From NCBI GenBank assembly GCA_001775095.1, contig MFCA01000029.1, positions 55,975-119,974 of the forward strand: a stretch of DNA of 64,000 nucleotides. The letters run 5' to 3'. This DNA is from Candidatus Curtissbacteria bacterium RIFOXYA1_FULL_41_14 (lineage in GTDB: Bacteria > Patescibacteriota > Microgenomatia > Curtissbacterales > GWA2-41-24). This document shows, one piece after another, positions 28,567 to 38,007 of the stretch. Made by a program: the position numbers and the translations under genes. The notes under the pieces are model-generated. The model saw only the letters and a program-made list of their open reading frames with translations, made no database searches and was not told where the DNA came from. How positions within the stretch are numbered: position 1 is the first letter of the stretch; each line of letters opens with the position of its first letter.

Positions 28567-30534
28567 CTAAGAACGATTTTTTACTTTTGATGATCTACGT
28601 TTGTGAATATACCATAAAAAAAGCATAAATATGATGGTAAGGCTGATGGTTTTACCTGTGTTAAAAGTCTCAGGTTGATACTTTAACTCTAAGGTCTTTG
28701 TATTTGGCAGAACATTCACTCTCCTAAAAACAGGTTCTTTCCTTTCCGCAGGGAATTTTTGATGATCCTGAAAGGCAAACCAGCCGGGATAAAAGTTTTC
28801 AGCAAAAATCAGGATTCGAGATTCTGGCCGTTCACTGAACTGGACCTGAATTGAATTTGGTGAATATTTCTCAATAATTACCTCATCGGCTAAATTATTA
28901 AAATAGGCCCGCGGCTTATATTTTTGATTCTGATAAAGATAAATTTTTTCGAATTGGTTGATAAATATCAGGTCGCTATCTGTTATCGGATAGGTTGAGG
29001 CCACATATTTAACATTAGCAAGACTTAAGAGATTAATATTTGGTTGAGGCAAATCATCCTTCTGCCAAACCTGGTATGGAGGAAAAATCACGGCAAATTT
29101 AGAATATTCATAGCCGCCTGCTGCCTGTAAGAAATCAATAAAATTAGCATCCTGAATAGGTGTTTCTCCATGTAAAACTTGAATTTTGTATTTAGATATT
29201 AATTGCGGATTAAAACAATAAGTTGTGCAGTAAACCCGATAAAAACCTTTATCTTCGGCAAGGAACTGGTATAGGGGCTCATTTGTAAAAATTAAATTCG
29301 GAATAGAGTTGATTTTCCTGTATCCGATAAAAAAAGATTCTGCTAAGAAAATAAGCAGTATCAGGTAAATTATTGATTTTCTCTTAAATTTCTCAAGAGC
29401 AAATGCGCTTAAAAGAGCAACAATTAAAGCTACAATAAACCATAATCTTGTTGTGACTCGTGAGTATTTCAAAAAGGGCACAAAATTATAGAAAAATTCA
29501 AAAAGAGGTGTTGAAAGCCCGGCAATAAAAAGTAATGCAGCAAAGCCTCCAAACAACAAAACAATTTTTTTAAGTCTAGACAGCTTAAAAAAGCCAATAA
29601 TTGAGAAAAGGCTTGGAATAAGGCCTAGATAGAGAAATGACTCATGATCAAGACTATTAAAATTCAAGTAAGGAAATATTAGGCTAGTTACTAATCTTTT
29701 AAGATTCCAAGCTGGTATTGCCACATCTTCAATGGTTAAACGTGATCTTGTCGAGAACGGTGCAAACTCTGCTTGTGGCAAAATAAATATGGCTGAAAAA
29801 CCCAAAAAAATAACAATTGTAAAAAAAATATTAATAACCTGTTTTTTGATAGCAACAATCTCCAGGCTTTTTGTTATCCATGCGGACACTAAAACTCGGT
29901 AGGCCCAATAAGTAGCTAAAAAAATAAGTGCATAATAAAAAATTGTCGGATAGGTCATCAGCATAAAAGTCAGAGATACTGCCCCGATTATTATCCAAGT
30001 TAGGGGTGCAACCCCTAATAGGGGCCTGACTCTTTTTGGCACAAAAATTGTTCTGATTGATAAAAGGGTCAACGGAAAGTAAGAAAAGGCAGCAATCATA
30101 GTAATATGGCCGGCTGAAAGGTGAAAAATCATTTTCGTCGAGAAAGCGTAAAAAAGAGCGGCAGCAAAAGACGAAAGCGGTAATAATTTAAAAGAGCGAG
30201 AAAGTAAATATATAAAAACTCCAGCTAGTAGAAAATGGATAAAAAGATAAATTATAGAGGCAAATTTAATCGGAAAAATCAAAAAAAGGAGGTTTGCGGG
30301 ATAGAACAATGATGAAAGTGGATTGCCGATAAAAGTCTCCCCCATCATCTGATCCGGACGCCATAAAGGAATTTGTTTGTAATAAAAAATTGAATCTCTT
30401 AAAAAGCTAAAAAGGGGAATATAAGTTCTTCCGAGATCATTATCCTTTAAAGCTAATAAATCAGGCTTTATTAAAAACGGAAGAAAGAAGACCAAACAGA
30501 TCACAAAAAATAAAATGAGGTAATTATTTTTCAT
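28567..30534 (-). CDS. YfhO-like GT-C membrane protein
   Basis: IPLW....GE....P...FYP, AGH, YLG, C-terminal ENFYPGW.A. Confidence 0.78.
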   Translation of the reverse strand: MKNNYLILFFVICLVFFLPFLIKPDLLALKDNDLGRTYIPLFSFLRDSIFYYKQIPLWRPDQMMGETFIGNPLSSLFYPANLLFLIFPIKFASIIYLFIHFLLAGVFIYLLSRSFKLLPLSSFAAALFYAFSTKMIFHLSAGHITMIAAFSYFPLTLLSIRTIFVPKRVRPLLGVAPLTWIIIGAVSLTFMLMTYPTIFYYALIFLATYWAYRVLVSAWITKSLEIVAIKKQVINIFFTIVIFLGFSAIFILPQAEFAPFSTRSRLTIEDVAIPAWNLKRLVTSLIFPYLNFNSLDHESFLYLGLIPSLFSIIGFFKLSRLKKIVLLFGGFAALLFIAGLSTPLFEFFYNFVPFLKYSRVTTRLWFIVALIVALLSAFALEKFKRKSIIYLILLIFLAESFFIGYRKINSIPNLIFTNEPLYQFLAEDKGFYRVYCTTYCFNPQLISKYKIQVLHGETPIQDANFIDFLQAAGGYEYSKFAVIFPPYQVWQKDDLPQPNINLLSLANVKYVASTYPITDSDLIFINQFEKIYLYQNQKYKPRAYFNNLADEVIIEKYSPNSIQVQFSERPESRILIFAENFYPGWFAFQDHQKFPAERKEPVFRRVNVLPNTKTLELKYQPETFNTGKTISLTIIFMLFLWYIHKRRSSKVKNRS

Positions 30535-31910
30535 TTTCTAACCTTAAACCATAAAGTATCAGAAATTTGGACTAGATTTTTATAATTCGCATCAAGGTAG
30601 TCGGCAATTTCCCTGGGTCTATATACTCCAAGTTCATATCTCGGTCCTACATCATAAGGCTTAAAAATTATAAATTTTGAATTTTGCTTTTCAATTCCAT
30701 CAATGACTTTCTTCTGAAGATCAGGGATTTCTAAATACCAAGGGAATTCATCTGCCCAAGGCTTGGGTGGTAATCTACCTGACAGTGCCAATATTTGGTC
30801 TGGGCCGTTTTGAATATAGATGGAATCACCAGGATTTGTATTTTTACTTAAAGTTAGGGCTGCTCCTGCAATATCTTTCTCAAAAAATCTTACTTCTTGT
30901 GTCCAATTATTTTTAAGATAGCGGATAGTAAATACAATTAGAAAAATTAAGCTGAGTGTAAAAATTGACCGGATAGCCAGCTTTGTTTTTTTTAGACTCT
31001 TCAGGTTGTCTGGAAAAGTTAAAGACAAAACAGTAAGTGAAGGAATTAAATGAAAATAGTCAAATCTTGGATATGCAAAAAGGACTAAAACAAAACCCGT
31101 TAGAACAATTAAAGTTGTCTTAAACCTGTTATTAAAAAGTATAGGAGTAAATAAAAAAAATAAAGCTAAAATTGTCAAAATCTGATGAACTGTCGGAAGA
31201 AGTAAGTACCACGGCATTCTTGATGCTTTAAAAAATGGAAAGATAAATATCCAGTAGAGAAAATCGTCTGTGAGTCCTTGTTGCCTAAAGAATATAATTA
31301 GGGTTAGAAACATACAAATAAATGGGGCAAAAATATAAGGATTTTTTATAAAAATATCTTTGGTCTTTTTACCGAATTTATAAATCAAAATTGCTAAAAA
31401 CCATAAAGATAACCAAATTACTTGTTGTTTCGTAAAAATGGCAATCGTTAAAGAAAAGACTGAAAAAAATAGTGATTTTCTGGACTTGGGATTATTCATA
31501 AATTTATAAAAAAAATAAACAGATAAAAGAACGAGGGGTGTCTGCACAAGATCAAACCAAAGCCCATTGACCCCAAAAGGGATGGATAAAATAATAAAAA
31601 ATATAAGTGAAAAATAAGCTGTAGATTTAGTAAAAATCTTTTGTGCAAGTAAGAAAGTTAAAAGATCGGTAATGATTATTAAAAACCAAGTTAAAATTTG
31701 GTAAGGAAGTGGTTGATAACCAAAGATTTTAGCAAAAATTGCCAGAGAGTAACTCAAAAAGGGCGGGTAGGGATTAATTATATCCCTATATAGCATAAAT
31801 CCATTGTTGACTAGATATGGATAAACAACCATTTCCGGCCAAAGAGTAAAGCGGGTGTTTATAAGAAGTACAAAATGTATCAAAAGTAACAAAGGTACAA
31901 GAAGCAACAT
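30531..31910 (-). CDS. GT-C-like membrane glycosyltransferase
   Basis: Polytopic; G..LYRDI..PYPP, TKQ. Confidence 0.68.
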   Translation of the reverse strand: MLLLVPLLLLIHFVLLINTRFTLWPEMVVYPYLVNNGFMLYRDIINPYPPFLSYSLAIFAKIFGYQPLPYQILTWFLIIITDLLTFLLAQKIFTKSTAYFSLIFFIILSIPFGVNGLWFDLVQTPLVLLSVYFFYKFMNNPKSRKSLFFSVFSLTIAIFTKQQVIWLSLWFLAILIYKFGKKTKDIFIKNPYIFAPFICMFLTLIIFFRQQGLTDDFLYWIFIFPFFKASRMPWYLLLPTVHQILTILALFFLFTPILFNNRFKTTLIVLTGFVLVLFAYPRFDYFHLIPSLTVLSLTFPDNLKSLKKTKLAIRSIFTLSLIFLIVFTIRYLKNNWTQEVRFFEKDIAGAALTLSKNTNPGDSIYIQNGPDQILALSGRLPPKPWADEFPWYLEIPDLQKKVIDGIEKQNSKFIIFKPYDVGPRYELGVYRPREIADYLDANYKNLVQISDTLWFKVRK

Positions 31911-32031
31911 AAATTTACAATTTGAAATTTTTACTTTTTTATTGAAATCTAAAATTTAAATTTTGATAAGAAAATATTTTAATAAAATATTTTGAAACAT
32001 TCAAAATTGAATGAAAATTTAAAATTGAAAA
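31911..32031. repeat. Intergenic AT-rich heptamer-period inverted element (TTTGAAA... / ...AAATTGA)
   Basis: Periodic arms that are reverse complements. Confidence 0.6.
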
Positions 32032-32778
32032 TTAAAAATTATCTCGCTTGTATTTTCCTTTCAAATCATTCCATCTAATTTTAATTAGGCCAAAAAAAGA
32101 TCTTGCTACATCTTTTCCAAGAGAAACCTTAGTGCCTCTAACATCACTCCAAGTTACCGGAGCTTGAGCAACTCTGATATTTAGTTTTTTGCATATGAAC
32201 AGAATTTCCGCATCAAAAGCCCAATCGTAAATCGTAATTTTGTTAAATATTTTTTGAGCGACATTTTTTTCAAAAGTCTTAAAGCCGCAAGTTGCGTCTT
32301 TAATTTTCCAGTCAATCAATAATCTAACAAGCAGTGTAAAACCTCTCCCGAGAATCTCACGCAAAAAATGTTGATGGATAAGAATTTTAGCTCCCTCAAT
32401 TCGCCTTGAACCGATAGCAACTTGGTACCCTCTTTCAAAATGTTTAAAGAAACCCTCAATAGTATTTATGGGAACCGAATGATCCAAATCAGTAAATAAA
32501 ATGTATTTGCCTTTGGCGTTTATTATTCCTTGAACTATCGCATAGCCTTTCCCGTGATTTTTATTGTAACTAATGACTTGAATGCTTGATTTGTCTTTTG
32601 CACATGCTCGTATCAGCTTCAAGGTGTTATCTTTTGACCCATCATTAACAAAAATAAGTTCCCATGGATATTTTTGTTTTGAAAGATAAGAAAAATAGTG
32701 ATCAAATCCTTTCTGAAAACGTTTTTCCTCGTTATAACAAGGAACTACTACAGATAATTTAATTGACGTTTTTGGCAT
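32032..32778 (-). CDS. GT2 polyprenyl-phosphate glycosyltransferase (DPG/DPM-synthase-like)
   Basis: PCYNEE, NDGSKD, GKGYA, FTDLD, GSR, DATCGFK, WAFDAE. Confidence 0.88.
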   Translation of the reverse strand: MPKTSIKLSVVVPCYNEEKRFQKGFDHYFSYLSKQKYPWELIFVNDGSKDNTLKLIRACAKDKSSIQVISYNKNHGKGYAIVQGIINAKGKYILFTDLDHSVPINTIEGFFKHFERGYQVAIGSRRIEGAKILIHQHFLREILGRGFTLLVRLLIDWKIKDATCGFKTFEKNVAQKIFNKITIYDWAFDAEILFICKKLNIRVAQAPVTWSDVRGTKVSLGKDVARSFFGLIKIRWNDLKGKYKRDNF

Positions 32779-34009
32779 TTAACTTGAAAAGAACATAAAA
32801 AAGCATTAGAGAAAAAGCCAAGAATTCACTTATTGTGAAAGCATAGGCAGCACCAATTGCTTCAAAACTCGGCACTGCAAGAAAGAGCAGAATTACAAAG
32901 AACCAATAGCGCGAAAACGTGATTGCAAATGATATTTGTGATTTTCCGAAATAGTAAAGGATTATTGAGGAAGGAATGGTTGATAAGAAAAAGAAAATAA
33001 AGCCAATTGCTAAAATTTTGAGAACTTGAATGGAGCCGCTAAACTCTTTGCCGAAAATCAAAATAACTAAGGGATCGGCAATAAGAATTAAAAATAGGAG
33101 TCCCAAACTAAATAGTAATACTAGACCGCTTGTTTTCTTGGCAAAATTAATTACTTTTTCTTTATTATCAAAAGAAGCAAAACGTGATGCTAAGACGCTT
33201 GTAAAGTTGCCTCCAAATTCATAAACAACCGTTAATATCTTTAAGGGAGCAGCATAAAGGCCAGTTTGAATAGGTCCGGCTAGCTTCAGAAGAAAGTAAT
33301 TATCAAATGGGATTGAGGCTAGTGTTAATGAAAAAGCAACCCAAATATTGAATTTAAAGAAATCACTGGCAAGGCTTTTGTCGATTTTTTCAATATTAAA
33401 TGGTAAAAAGTATTTGCCAATTATGGTGGAGATAATGGTTACGGCAAAGTAAATAACTGTCAAAAAATACAATCCAATTGTAAAAAAATATGAACCGATT
33501 AAAAGGAGAACAATTCTTGCAACATTATTGGCGATAGAAGGAATTGACGCTTTAAGAAATTCCTGCCTCGCCTGAAGCCCGGCAACAAATAAATTAGTCA
33601 GATGAAAAAAAACTGTTGCTCCAAAGGCAATTCTTAAAAAGAGAGTAATTTCTGGGTGTCCTAAAATAGCAGAAAGGATTGGCGCTATGAAAAAGCCGAT
33701 TACCGCTATTATCAGACCGAAAAATAAATACGACTTGAGGGCAATTGAAAGAATTGCATTTTGCTGGTTTGAACTCCTGTGGGCAAATTTTAGTATTCCG
33801 GTTTCGACACCTAGGCTTGACAACCGAACCGCTACTACTCCTGTCGCAACAACTGTTGAAAATATACCAAAATCTGAAGGCCCAAGAATTCGCGGTGCAA
33901 GAATAAAAAATAATCCACCGACAATTACGTTGACAAGAGTTCCGGCAAAAACTATTGAAGTATCTTTACCTGTATCGGTTAAAAGAAGATCTTTAAAAGA
34001 TTGAATCAT
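32759..34009 (-). CDS. wzx: Wzx-type polysaccharide flippase (MOP family)
   Basis: PRILGPSDFG, TGLYAA, about 12 TM; start MIQSF at 34009 with TATACT 8 nt upstream. Confidence 0.8.
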   Translation of the reverse strand: MIQSFKDLLLTDTGKDTSIVFAGTLVNVIVGGLFFILAPRILGPSDFGIFSTVVATGVVAVRLSSLGVETGILKFAHRSSNQQNAILSIALKSYLFFGLIIAVIGFFIAPILSAILGHPEITLFLRIAFGATVFFHLTNLFVAGLQARQEFLKASIPSIANNVARIVLLLIGSYFFTIGLYFLTVIYFAVTIISTIIGKYFLPFNIEKIDKSLASDFFKFNIWVAFSLTLASIPFDNYFLLKLAGPIQTGLYAAPLKILTVVYEFGGNFTSVLASRFASFDNKEKVINFAKKTSGLVLLFSLGLLFLILIADPLVILIFGKEFSGSIQVLKILAIGFIFFFLSTIPSSIILYYFGKSQISFAITFSRYWFFVILLFLAVPSFEAIGAAYAFTISEFLAFSLMLFYVLFKLNAKNVN

Positions 34010-34032
34010 TCGGTCAAAGTATAAGCAAAGCT

Positions 34033-34071
34033 TGCGGTCCTCGTCCACTTCACAGTGGACTGCGGGCCTAA
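34033..34071. repeat. Minimal GCGGTCCTCG-hairpin-CTGCGGGCCTAA element
   Basis: Same ends as the elements at 28287 and 28448. Confidence 0.75.
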
Positions 34072-34080
34072 CAATTTTTC

Positions 34081-35727
34081 TTACTGATCAAACCAACCTG
34101 TACTGTTATTCATTACAACAACTTCAATATTGCCAAAAGGTGCATTTTTCACCTCATGATATTTTAAAACAGCATATCGTTTGTAAAAATCTTCAGTCTC
34201 CGGCGTAAAGTCATGAATGACGAAGGAAACTACAGTTGGAGGATGTTTTTGGGCAACAGGAGTTGTTCCATAAAGGTAAGCGAAATTTGGGTCGACATAG
34301 CTCTTAACCGGTTCTTGGCCAAAAACGGCAAACAAATACCGATATCCTGAGTACCTCCAACAAGTTGAAAGTGAATCCAGAGAAAATGGTTTATCCCCTA
34401 CTTGCTGCATAGTAAATTCGATCGCCTGCCTTTTATAAGTCAGGCCCATGCTGTTTTTAGCATTTAAGAGTTTATTGAGATTAAAGACTATAAAAAGACC
34501 AAGTACTAAAAGCCACAATTTTTTGGGGAGTAAACTTACGATGTTGGCAAAAATCAGAAGAAAAAGTGCGAATAAACCTGCTATGTAATGCTCAAAAATA
34601 TCAGCTCTAAAAATAGTTCCATACAGCTGGATACCAACAAGATATAGAATCACAAGTATAGCAATAAGCCGCCAACCTACATTTTCTTGATTTTTCCCGA
34701 GAGCCCAGACGACAAAACCAATGATAGAAATCGATGAGAGAAATACTAGAATAGGAGGAATTACTTGATATTTTTCTTTGACAAACGCCTGGCAATATGA
34801 ATATTGCTTAGCTATTTGATTGTCATCGAATGTATAAATAAGACGAGTAAAGGCTCGAGGGAAAAGTGAAGAATTATTAATGAATTTTTGCATTTCAAAT
34901 CCGGGGTCGTTCCTCCCCTGCTTCCAGAACCCGACAACTGGTTTTGTATTGGCAAAGTTGTGCCTAAGGTCAAATAGGATAAGAGGCAGAAATGAGAAAG
35001 TAATTAGTCCAAGCGCAAAAAAAGTACTCTTTTTAATCGGCAGCTTGTAGATTATCCAAGCCAAAATTGCAAGCACAAGAAAAACTAAGTTAGATGGATC
35101 AGCATGAATACTAAGAGCAATGGTTAGACCTAAGAAGTAAATGTATTTATCATTTAGATTTTTCGTCCTGAGATTGCTTCGCGGAGTATATCCCGAGATT
35201 CTTCGAGAGGCTCGCAATGACATCGAAGGGCTCAGAATGACAGCGTGAGAGTGGATAATTTTGTAAAGACAAAAGACAACTATCAGCGAAACTAGCGGAC
35301 CCCAATAAAGCGCCCACAGATGTCGATCATAAACATTGGCAAGATATGAAAATGCCCAGAAAATAGCAGCTGTCAGAGCAATCTTTTTGGAACTAAATAC
35401 TTTGCCAACTACAAATATCATAAAAGTAGTGGCCATAGCTATGATAGCTGAAGCGTAACCCCAGGCAATTGGATTAAGTTTTCCCAAAAATAAAATGGCC
35501 GAATAAAACCAATAAAAATATGGCCCAAGGTGAAAATTAAAAGGCGTTACCCCGCCTATCAGCGGAATATGTTTCCAGAGAATTAATCGCCTTCCAACAA
35601 ATGCAGGAATTGATTCGTCATAAGTGAAATAAAAAAGTTCTTCAAGCTTTATTACCCTAAGAATAAATGTAATAACAATAAGTAGAATAACCGGCCAAAA
35701 TTTGGCGATTTTGCTCATTTTTTGCAA
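34081..35727 (-). CDS. GT-C (ArnT/PMT-like) membrane glycosyltransferase with an in-frame palindrome insertion
   Basis: FTYDE, PLIG, LGPYFYW; polytopic. Confidence 0.75.
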   Translation of the reverse strand: MQKMSKIAKFWPVILLIVITFILRVIKLEELFYFTYDESIPAFVGRRLILWKHIPLIGGVTPFNFHLGPYFYWFYSAILFLGKLNPIAWGYASAIIAMATTFMIFVVGKVFSSKKIALTAAIFWAFSYLANVYDRHLWALYWGPLVSLIVVFCLYKIIHSHAVILSPSMSLRASRRISGYTPRSNLRTKNLNDKYIYFLGLTIALSIHADPSNLVFLVLAILAWIIYKLPIKKSTFFALGLITFSFLPLILFDLRHNFANTKPVVGFWKQGRNDPGFEMQKFINNSSLFPRAFTRLIYTFDDNQIAKQYSYCQAFVKEKYQVIPPILVFLSSISIIGFVVWALGKNQENVGWRLIAILVILYLVGIQLYGTIFRADIFEHYIAGLFALFLLIFANIVSLLPKKLWLLVLGLFIVFNLNKLLNAKNSMGLTYKRQAIEFTMQQVGDKPFSLDSLSTCWRYSGYRYLFAVFGQEPVKSYVDPNFAYLYGTTPVAQKHPPTVVSFVIHDFTPETEDFYKRYAVLKYHEVKNAPFGNIEVVVMNNSTGWFDQ

Positions 35728-35740
35728 ATATTCGCTTTGC

Positions 35741-36304
35741 TCATTTTTTGCAAATAAACAAAGTTGTTGAACCTGGGAAAAATCGGCAAGGTCGAATAAT
35801 TTTCACCTTGAATCTTAACAATGACAGTAAATTTCTTAATTTCTTAGCGTTCCAATAACAAATTCTGTCATTTGGATAAAGAACGAAATCCCAAAATCTT
35901 GAAAGTTTACTTCTAACAAATTCACCCGTATCTATTTCTTTTATCGTCAATGTCCCACCCTTTTTAAGATTTTTGGCGATATTTTTCAGAATTTTTTTCT
36001 GATCTGGGAAATTAATGTGGTGCAGAACATCGGAAAGAATAACCGCGTCGAAATTTTTGACAGAATAAGTTCTGATATCACTTTTGACGAATTGCAAATT
36101 CTTTTGCAAGGGTTTGGGAAGCCTTTTTTTATCAAGATCAACTCCAATTACAGTCCTTCCTTTGGTTTTGGATAGATAGGCGGCTACAACTCCTTCGCCG
36201 CACCCAAGATCCACAACCCTTGCGCCTTTAGGCACATTTTCATCAATTTCATCAAGCGGGAGAATTATTGATCTGAAAAAATTGTAAAAAAAAGGTGTTT
36301 TCAT
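35741..36304 (-). CDS. Class I SAM-dependent methyltransferase
   Basis: VVDLGCGEG, GVD, DVLHH, LKKGG. Confidence 0.88.
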   Translation of the reverse strand: MKTPFFYNFFRSIILPLDEIDENVPKGARVVDLGCGEGVVAAYLSKTKGRTVIGVDLDKKRLPKPLQKNLQFVKSDIRTYSVKNFDAVILSDVLHHINFPDQKKILKNIAKNLKKGGTLTIKEIDTGEFVRSKLSRFWDFVLYPNDRICYWNAKKLRNLLSLLRFKVKIIRPCRFFPGSTTLFICKK

Positions 36305-37452
36305 TGTTCTGTCACCTTGCCGACTTTAAAAAAATCGTGAATGAAACCTGAGGCAAAATAAACAACAGTAATGACAACGGGGAAAAAGAAACGATAGCTT
36401 AAAACCGGGTAAATGAAAATCGCAAGATATGAAGCGACTGCCGAACATATCATTAAGATATCCAAAATGGAGGGTTTAAGACGGATTAATAACTTTACTA
36501 CTTTGAAAAGCGCAAAAAGGCATAAGACAAACCACCAATGACGAGAGACTAGTTCTCTGACAAAAACTAAATGAGAATCTATCACCGCTTGGGCAATATA
36601 ATTTATTACCTGCAGATTCGAATATGAATTACTATACAGACCGTAAGAGTTCATTGTGTAAATAAGAGTATCCAGGACGTTTTTTTGATTCGTTGCGTAT
36701 GAGACTAAGATGTACAAGATCGTTAAAAGGAAAGAAACAACAGTTGCCCGGAAAAATTTTTTTTTGAAATTTCCTATCTTAAAAACTCTGACAAATAAGG
36801 ATGCCAATACCAGCAGAGGCAGCATTAAGATGCTCTGTTCCCTGTTCAAAAAGGAAATTACCAAAAAGAAGGAAAAGAGATATAGCCATTTTGGATTCAT
36901 ATCCTTGGCGAATTTATAGATAAAAAAAAGCTGCAAAAGCCAAAATGCGGCTCCCATAGTATCTGTTAAAAAGTATGTAGACCAGTCCAAAAACGGGTAG
37001 AAGGAAATAAAAAGGCTCGCTGTAAAAGCCGCAAAGAATCTATTTAAACCTTGACTGAAAAAATAAAATGCCAGAAGCACAACCCCAAGATAACTTATAA
37101 AAACTGGAAGTAGAAAAGCCTGGTATTCATTATGCAAAATTTTGTTAAAAAGGTAAGCCAAAAACGGATAAAGAGGCCTTTTTTTGAAAAAGTCGTAGAC
37201 TTGGGAGTAGACGGCTTTGTTTTGAAAAATATTTCTCGAGATTTGTCCACTGTTGGCAAAGTCAACTTGATTTAGGACTAACTCCCTTGATTCTTGGAAC
37301 GAATTTCCCTGGAATTGGTAAAAGATATGTTTATAAAAGTAACTGTCTGAAAGATACGGAGATTTATGTCTCAAAATCAAAATAAACTGTATTGTTGAGA
37401 ATAGTAAAAGGAAAACTAATATTAGAAAATCCTTTTTATTTGGAATATGCAT
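36301..37452 (-). CDS. Polytopic membrane protein, probable GT-C
   Basis: DSYFY, RPLYP, LTD, RE motifs. Confidence 0.6.
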   Translation of the reverse strand: MHIPNKKDFLILVFLLLFSTIQFILILRHKSPYLSDSYFYKHIFYQFQGNSFQESRELVLNQVDFANSGQISRNIFQNKAVYSQVYDFFKKRPLYPFLAYLFNKILHNEYQAFLLPVFISYLGVVLLAFYFFSQGLNRFFAAFTASLFISFYPFLDWSTYFLTDTMGAAFWLLQLFFIYKFAKDMNPKWLYLFSFFLVISFLNREQSILMLPLLVLASLFVRVFKIGNFKKKFFRATVVSFLLTILYILVSYATNQKNVLDTLIYTMNSYGLYSNSYSNLQVINYIAQAVIDSHLVFVRELVSRHWWFVLCLFALFKVVKLLIRLKPSILDILMICSAVASYLAIFIYPVLSYRFFFPVVITVVYFASGFIHDFFKVGKVTEQ

Positions 37453-37455
37453 CTA

Positions 37456-37992
37456 TTAAAGTTTGCGGATTACTTTGGCAGGTACTCCCGCAACAAGCGT
37501 TTTTGAGGGAACATTTTTTGTTACCACGCTGCCAGCTGCAACAAAAGACATTTCTCCGATTATGACTCCCGGCAAAATGGTACTTGCGGCGCCGACAGCG
37601 CTACCGCTTTTGACGATTACAGCACGTGAACTTTTTGGAAACTTTGTCTGCAATGGGTGGTTTTTATAACCTACATTGAGATGAGTCAGGATCGTAACAT
37701 TTTGGGCTATAGTCACTTGATCTTCCAGGATTACTTGGTCATAAAGATCGATCAAAGTTTTATCCCCGATAAAACATTCTTCGCCAACTTCTAATCCCCC
37801 AGGCCCCCTGTGATGCCAATTAAAAAAATTAACATTCATTAAGATTGAGTGGTTACCAATTTTTGCACCTAAAAGAACTAAGAATATTTTTCTTAAAGGC
37901 GGCAGGAGACAAAGGCAATAAATTGTTTGCAAAAAACTAAAAAATATAAACTTTAAAGTTTTTTTAAAACCAATTTCGTCAACTATTCTCAT
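37456..37992 (-). CDS. Hexapeptide-repeat O-acetyltransferase
   Basis: TILPGVIIG...VAAGSVVTKNV....VAGVPAK. Confidence 0.9.
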   Translation of the reverse strand: MRIVDEIGFKKTLKFIFFSFLQTIYCLCLLPPLRKIFLVLLGAKIGNHSILMNVNFFNWHHRGPGGLEVGEECFIGDKTLIDLYDQVILEDQVTIAQNVTILTHLNVGYKNHPLQTKFPKSSRAVIVKSGSAVGAASTILPGVIIGEMSFVAAGSVVTKNVPSKTLVAGVPAKVIRKL

Positions 37993-38007
37993 TTATCGTT
38001 TCTAATT

